A stretch of 64,000 nt of DNA from an uncultured Nitrospiraceae bacterium (GTDB taxonomy: Bacteria > Nitrospirota > Thermodesulfovibrionia > Thermodesulfovibrionales > Dissulfurispiraceae): the NCBI GenBank assembly GCA_963705105.1, contig CAVPIW010000007.1, forward strand, positions 192,001 to 256,000. The letters run 5' to 3'. Below, piece by piece: positions 59,949 through 64,000 of the stretch. Each line of letters starts with the position of its first letter. Position 1 is the first letter of the stretch. Below the pieces are notes generated by a model that saw only the letters and a list, made by a program, of their open reading frames with translations, made no database searches and was not told the DNA's origin. Position numbers and translations under genes: made by a program.

Positions 59949-61295
59949 ATGAGCTACGCTGAGGCGATCGATTACCTGTACGGTCTCCAGAAGTACGGCG
60001 TCAAGTTCGGCCTCGACAAGACGCGGTCGATCCTGGAAGCCGTCGGCAACCCCCACCAGTCATTCCGCTGCATTCATGTCGCCGGCACGAACGGCAAGGG
60101 GTCCATCTCCGCGATGACCGCCTCGATCCTCGCCACCACCGGCCGCACTGTGGGGCTTTTCACATCCCCCCACATGGTGAGCTTTACCGAGAGGATCAGG
60201 GTCGGCAACGTGCAGATCCCTGAAGCGGATGTCGTTCGCCTCACCGACGAGATACGGGACGCCATCGCGAGGGCGACACCCCGCATGCCCGACCCGACGT
60301 TTTTCGAGTTCGTAACGGCAATGGCCTTCCTCCACTTCAAGAGAAACGGCGTCGACCGGGCCGTCCTCGAAGTCGGCATGGGCGGCCGCCTCGATTCGAC
60401 GAATGTCATCATGCCCGCGGTCTCCGTCATCTCCCGCATCAGCTATGACCACAAGGACTTTCTCGGGTCTACCCTGACGGCCATCGCCGGAGAAAAGGCC
60501 GGGATCATCAAGGAGGGCATCCCCGTTGTCTGCGCTTCCCAGGACGACGAGGCCTTCAAAGTTATATCTGACAAGGCGCAGCAGACGTCATCCACCCTCT
60601 ACCTGTTCGGCAGGGATTTCGGGGGCACACTGACATCATCAGGCCCGGAGGGCATCGTCTTCGATTACAGCGATCAGGACCTTCATCTGCGCGATCTGAC
60701 CGTTCCTCTTGCCGGCGAACACCAGCTCTTCAATGCTTGCCTGGCTATCAAGGCGGTCCGCGTCGCCTTTGGCGATGCTCCTGAGCCCGGGGCCGGATAT
60801 GCCGATATCGTCAGGCTGGGGCTTTCCCGCGTCGTCTGGCCGGGCAGGCTCGAGTTCGTGAAGGGCGACCCGCCGATGCTCATCGACGGCGCCCACAACC
60901 CCGACGCCGCACAGTCTCTCGCCGCTTTCGTGAAAAAACACCTGGCAGACAGGAAGATCATCCTCATCCTCGGCATCATGGCCGACAAGGACATCGCGGG
61001 CATCATGACGCCCCTCCTCCCCCTCGGATCGGCGGTCATCCTGACAGCCCCCAATTACGGCAGGTCGGCCTCTCCTGCGCAGCTTGCGGAGCATGCGCGC
61101 ACCCTCGGTTTTCCCGGGTGCCTGACAGTGGAGACGATCAGGGAGTCGCTGTCAAGAGCGAAGAAACTGTCTTCCTCGATGGCGCCCGGCGGAGACGGCA
61201 TCATCCTGATCACCGGTTCCTTTTTCACTATCGGAGAGGCAAAGGAACTGCTCGGTGAGCGGCCCATACTCGGCGATCTGAGAGAAAAGCTTTGA
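59949..61295 (+). CDS. folC: Folylpolyglutamate synthase/dihydrofolate synthase
   Basis: HVAGTNGKGS, TSPH, EVGMGGRLDSTN, DGAHN motifs. Confidence 0.96.
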   Translation: MSYAEAIDYLYGLQKYGVKFGLDKTRSILEAVGNPHQSFRCIHVAGTNGKGSISAMTASILATTGRTVGLFTSPHMVSFTERIRVGNVQIPEADVVRLTDEIRDAIARATPRMPDPTFFEFVTAMAFLHFKRNGVDRAVLEVGMGGRLDSTNVIMPAVSVISRISYDHKDFLGSTLTAIAGEKAGIIKEGIPVVCASQDDEAFKVISDKAQQTSSTLYLFGRDFGGTLTSSGPEGIVFDYSDQDLHLRDLTVPLAGEHQLFNACLAIKAVRVAFGDAPEPGAGYADIVRLGLSRVVWPGRLEFVKGDPPMLIDGAHNPDAAQSLAAFVKKHLADRKIILILGIMADKDIAGIMTPLLPLGSAVILTAPNYGRSASPAQLAEHARTLGFPGCLTVETIRESLSRAKKLSSSMAPGGDGIILITGSFFTIGEAKELLGERPILGDLREKL

Positions 61296-63358
61296 TCGTC
61301 CGCCTTCTCGCCCCTGTTTATGCGATCCTCCTCTCAGCCCTGTCAGCTCTGCTCCTGCCCGCCCATGCCGCCACACTCAAGGCCGATTCTCTCGAATATG
61401 TCAAAAGTGAAGACAAGTTCGTCGCCTCCGGCAACGTGCTCATCGAGCAGGAGGGAGCGAAGGTCTACGCGGACAAGGCGGTCTATTACCAGTCCGTCGA
61501 CTATGCCGAGGCTTCCGGCCATGTGCTGTATGAGGATGCTGAGGCGATCATCCGGGCCGAGGAGGCGGAGCTCCGTCTCGACGCGAAAACGGGCAGGATA
61601 CGGAACGCCGTCATCCTCTTCAAGCGCGGCAACTACTGGCTGAGCGGCAACAGCCTGGAAAAGGTCGGCGAGGACCACTACAGGGCCACCGAGGCGACCT
61701 TCACGACCTGCGACTCCGCCCCCCTCCTGACGCCATCGCAGTTCAGGGACATCTCCGTCGACATCCCCCTCTCGGAAGGACAGCGCGCCTTCGTGGCCGA
61801 GCGGCCCGACTGGTGCTTCAGGGGAAAAGACGTGGACATCGTCCTCGGGGAAAGGATGATCGCCCGGAATGCGAGCTTCCGCGTCCGGGGTCTGCCCGTC
61901 TTTTATTCACCCGTCGCCTGGGCGCCCGTCATGGTCGAGCGCCAGACGGGGTTCCTCTTTCCCACCATCGGGAACAGCTCCAGGAAGGGTTTTCAGTTCA
62001 GCCCGTCCTTCTTCTGGGCCATCGACGACAACATGGATGCCACAGTGTACCTCGATTATTACAGCAAGCGGGGTCTCGGAACGGGGCTGGAGTACCGGTA
62101 TGTCGCGCCGGAATTTTCCGGCGGCTGGTTTGCCTATTACATCAGGGACCGTGAATTCAACGAAGATTTTTTCGAGATCAAGGGGATCCACACCCACAGG
62201 AAGGGCCCCCTCCAGGGCTTTCTCGACGTGAATTATTTAAACGACACGGACTTTTACCGGGAATACGGCTTCACCAGGGGGAAAGATCTCTACAGCGGAT
62301 ACGGGTACAAGGGGGACATCTGGATCGACCGGTTCCTCCAGTCCACGGGTGAAGTCGCCATGCCCCTGCGGAATTCCCGTCTCTATCTGATCGGCCAGTA
62401 CTGGGTGGACCTGAACTCCGAGGACACCCGCCCTCCACAGAAGCTCCCTGAATTCGGCTATGCCGTCTATCCGACGGATCTGGGCCCCTTCAAATTCTCG
62501 CTCACCGCCGGCGCATCGAACTTCGTCCGCGAGGTCGAACCGAGCGGACAGCGCATCGACATCATGCCGACCCTAACGCACTCCTTCGGCGACACGGTGC
62601 AGTTTTTCCAGTCGCTCTCCCTCAGGGAGACGGCCTACAGCCTCAGGAATGAGGGTTCCTTCGAATCGACGCAGCACCGTGAAACCCTCGGGTACGAAGC
62701 ACAGGCCCGGATGCGTCTCTCCCGGAAGTACCAGGACCTGCTGCACATCATCGAGCCCACCCTGGAATACAGCTTCATTCCCGATACGGTCGACCTGCCC
62801 CTCTTCGACTCGACGGAGCTGTTCAACAAGATATCCGAGATCAGGCTCTCCGTCGTCAATACCCTGATCTCCAAAGGCCTCTTCGTGACGACGCGGCTGA
62901 CCCAGCCTTACGATTTCTACGGGGGAAGGCCGACGGACCCCTTTCTTCCGACGCGCCTCGAGGTGGCCATGAAATCGCCCCTTCACCTGCGACTGGACAT
63001 GCGGTACGACTTCTCGAAAAACAGGACCGATGTCATCAACAGTGAGATCGCCGTGCCGATCGGCAATCTGGGGAGCGTCTCGGCGGGAGAACGGTATGAC
63101 AAGTCGAACGATCTCCTCTTTTTTACCCTCGGCTTCGATGCCGCCCTCACGAAGAAAATGGCTTTGAATGCGAGCATCTGGTACGACGGCAAGGGCGAGG
63201 GGCTGCGGGAGTCGTCCGTGCGGGCCGTCTACCGGGAACAATGCTGGGTTCTCAACCTCATGTTCACGCGGAAGCCGGGAGACGCGACGAGACCCGTCGA
63301 ATACAACGCCGCCTTCAATATCGAGCTGAGGGGTGTGGGGACCCTGAAATTCCTGTGA
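61292..63358 (+). CDS. lptD: LPS-assembly protein LptD
   Basis: Signal peptide, OstA-like N-domain, FTTC, RQTGFLFP, QCW near the C-terminus. Confidence 0.88.
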   Translation: MIVRLLAPVYAILLSALSALLLPAHAATLKADSLEYVKSEDKFVASGNVLIEQEGAKVYADKAVYYQSVDYAEASGHVLYEDAEAIIRAEEAELRLDAKTGRIRNAVILFKRGNYWLSGNSLEKVGEDHYRATEATFTTCDSAPLLTPSQFRDISVDIPLSEGQRAFVAERPDWCFRGKDVDIVLGERMIARNASFRVRGLPVFYSPVAWAPVMVERQTGFLFPTIGNSSRKGFQFSPSFFWAIDDNMDATVYLDYYSKRGLGTGLEYRYVAPEFSGGWFAYYIRDREFNEDFFEIKGIHTHRKGPLQGFLDVNYLNDTDFYREYGFTRGKDLYSGYGYKGDIWIDRFLQSTGEVAMPLRNSRLYLIGQYWVDLNSEDTRPPQKLPEFGYAVYPTDLGPFKFSLTAGASNFVREVEPSGQRIDIMPTLTHSFGDTVQFFQSLSLRETAYSLRNEGSFESTQHRETLGYEAQARMRLSRKYQDLLHIIEPTLEYSFIPDTVDLPLFDSTELFNKISEIRLSVVNTLISKGLFVTTRLTQPYDFYGGRPTDPFLPTRLEVAMKSPLHLRLDMRYDFSKNRTDVINSEIAVPIGNLGSVSAGERYDKSNDLLFFTLGFDAALTKKMALNASIWYDGKGEGLRESSVRAVYREQCWVLNLMFTRKPGDATRPVEYNAAFNIELRGVGTLKFL

Positions 63359-64000
63359 ACATCGTCGTCAACCTGAACAAGCCGCGGGGCATGACCTCCT
63401 TCGAAGCCGTGGCCGCAGTCAAGAGGCGATTCAAGGTGAGAAAGGCCGGCCATGCCGGCACGCTCGATCCCCTCGCCACGGGCGTGCTCGTCGTCTGCCT
63501 GAACGAGGCGACAAAGATCGCCGGGGTCCTGTCCCACTTCGAAAAGGAATACGTCTTCACTGCCCGGCTCGGCGAGGCAACCGATACCTATGACGCAGAA
63601 GGCTCCGTCATCAGGAGGGTGGAGGATGTGTCCGTCACGACGGACGAGATACGCGCTTGCTGGAACGGTTCACCGGCGAGATCGAGCAGGTCCCGCCGAT
63701 GTACTCGGCAATCAAGAGGGAGGGCCGGCCCCTCTACGAGCTGGCGCGCAAGGGGATAGAAGTCGAGAGGGCGCCCAGACGGGTCATGATTTCCTCTCTC
63801 GACCTCATCGCCCATAGCGGGACGTCACTGACCCTGCGGGCGGTCTGCTCTACCGGTACATACATTAGGTCGCTCTGTCACGACATCGGCGAGGCCCTCG
63901 GCGTCGGCGCCCACGTTGCGGAACTTGCAAGGACAAGGGTCGGGGCTTTCGGCATAGACCGGTCCGCCGTGCTCGACGAACTGCCTCTGAAACAGGAATC
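63355..64000 (+). CDS. truB: tRNA pseudouridine55 synthase, apparent frameshift near 63655, runs off the window
   Basis: KPRGMTS and GHAGTLDPLATGVL; QVPPMYSAIK..G.PLYELARKG and CSTGTYIRSL continue in another frame. Confidence 0.9.

Noticed and set aside
59644..59949. ORFs spanning the elements (also 17537, 47616, 49228, 53913, 12844, 32143 N-part)
   Set aside because: Shadow translations of the repeat; the ORF-track N-terminal extensions of oppB, hemL, mntA and folC run into repeat sequence and were trimmed
1..64000. tRNA, rRNA, reverse transcriptase or cas genes
   Set aside because: None recognised by eye

Overview
GC-rich bacterial chromosomal window. Gene content and order (mltG-ispG, glnE, hemL-atpZ-atpI, trpB2/trpBA-accD-folC-lptD-truB) suggest a Nitrospirota/Thermodesulfovibrionia-like or deltaproteobacteria-like organism; this is inference. 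The left 7.4 kb is a decayed integron. It has a pseudogenised intI, an attI with its Pc promoter, degenerate attC sites, and cassettes for a TA pair, a DJ-1/PfpI protein and an IS3-interrupted gene. A second near-copy of attI/Pc drives an SDR plus an FeS-type photolyase. The rest is housekeeping genes, an LPS-core cluster, a Sec-type RHS protein with a 58-aa, 9-Cys tip and a putative immunity gene, three more TA loci, and IS1634 and MmeI remnants. The most striking unexplained signal is a family of 13 dispersed 190-410 bp non-coding elements in intergenic gaps. They share terminal inverted arms (ACCTTATCGTTGCA...GAAAGGCGGGGYGTATGCGCC / GGCGCTTCGCCCCGCCTTTT..TGCAAC...AGGT) but carry interchangeable internal modules: a nested ~170-bp inverted-repeat core and 6-, 7- and 8-mer microsatellite blocks. 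The same microsatellite blocks build a ~100-bp tandem array at 53.5-53.9 kb. No cognate transposase is present in the window.
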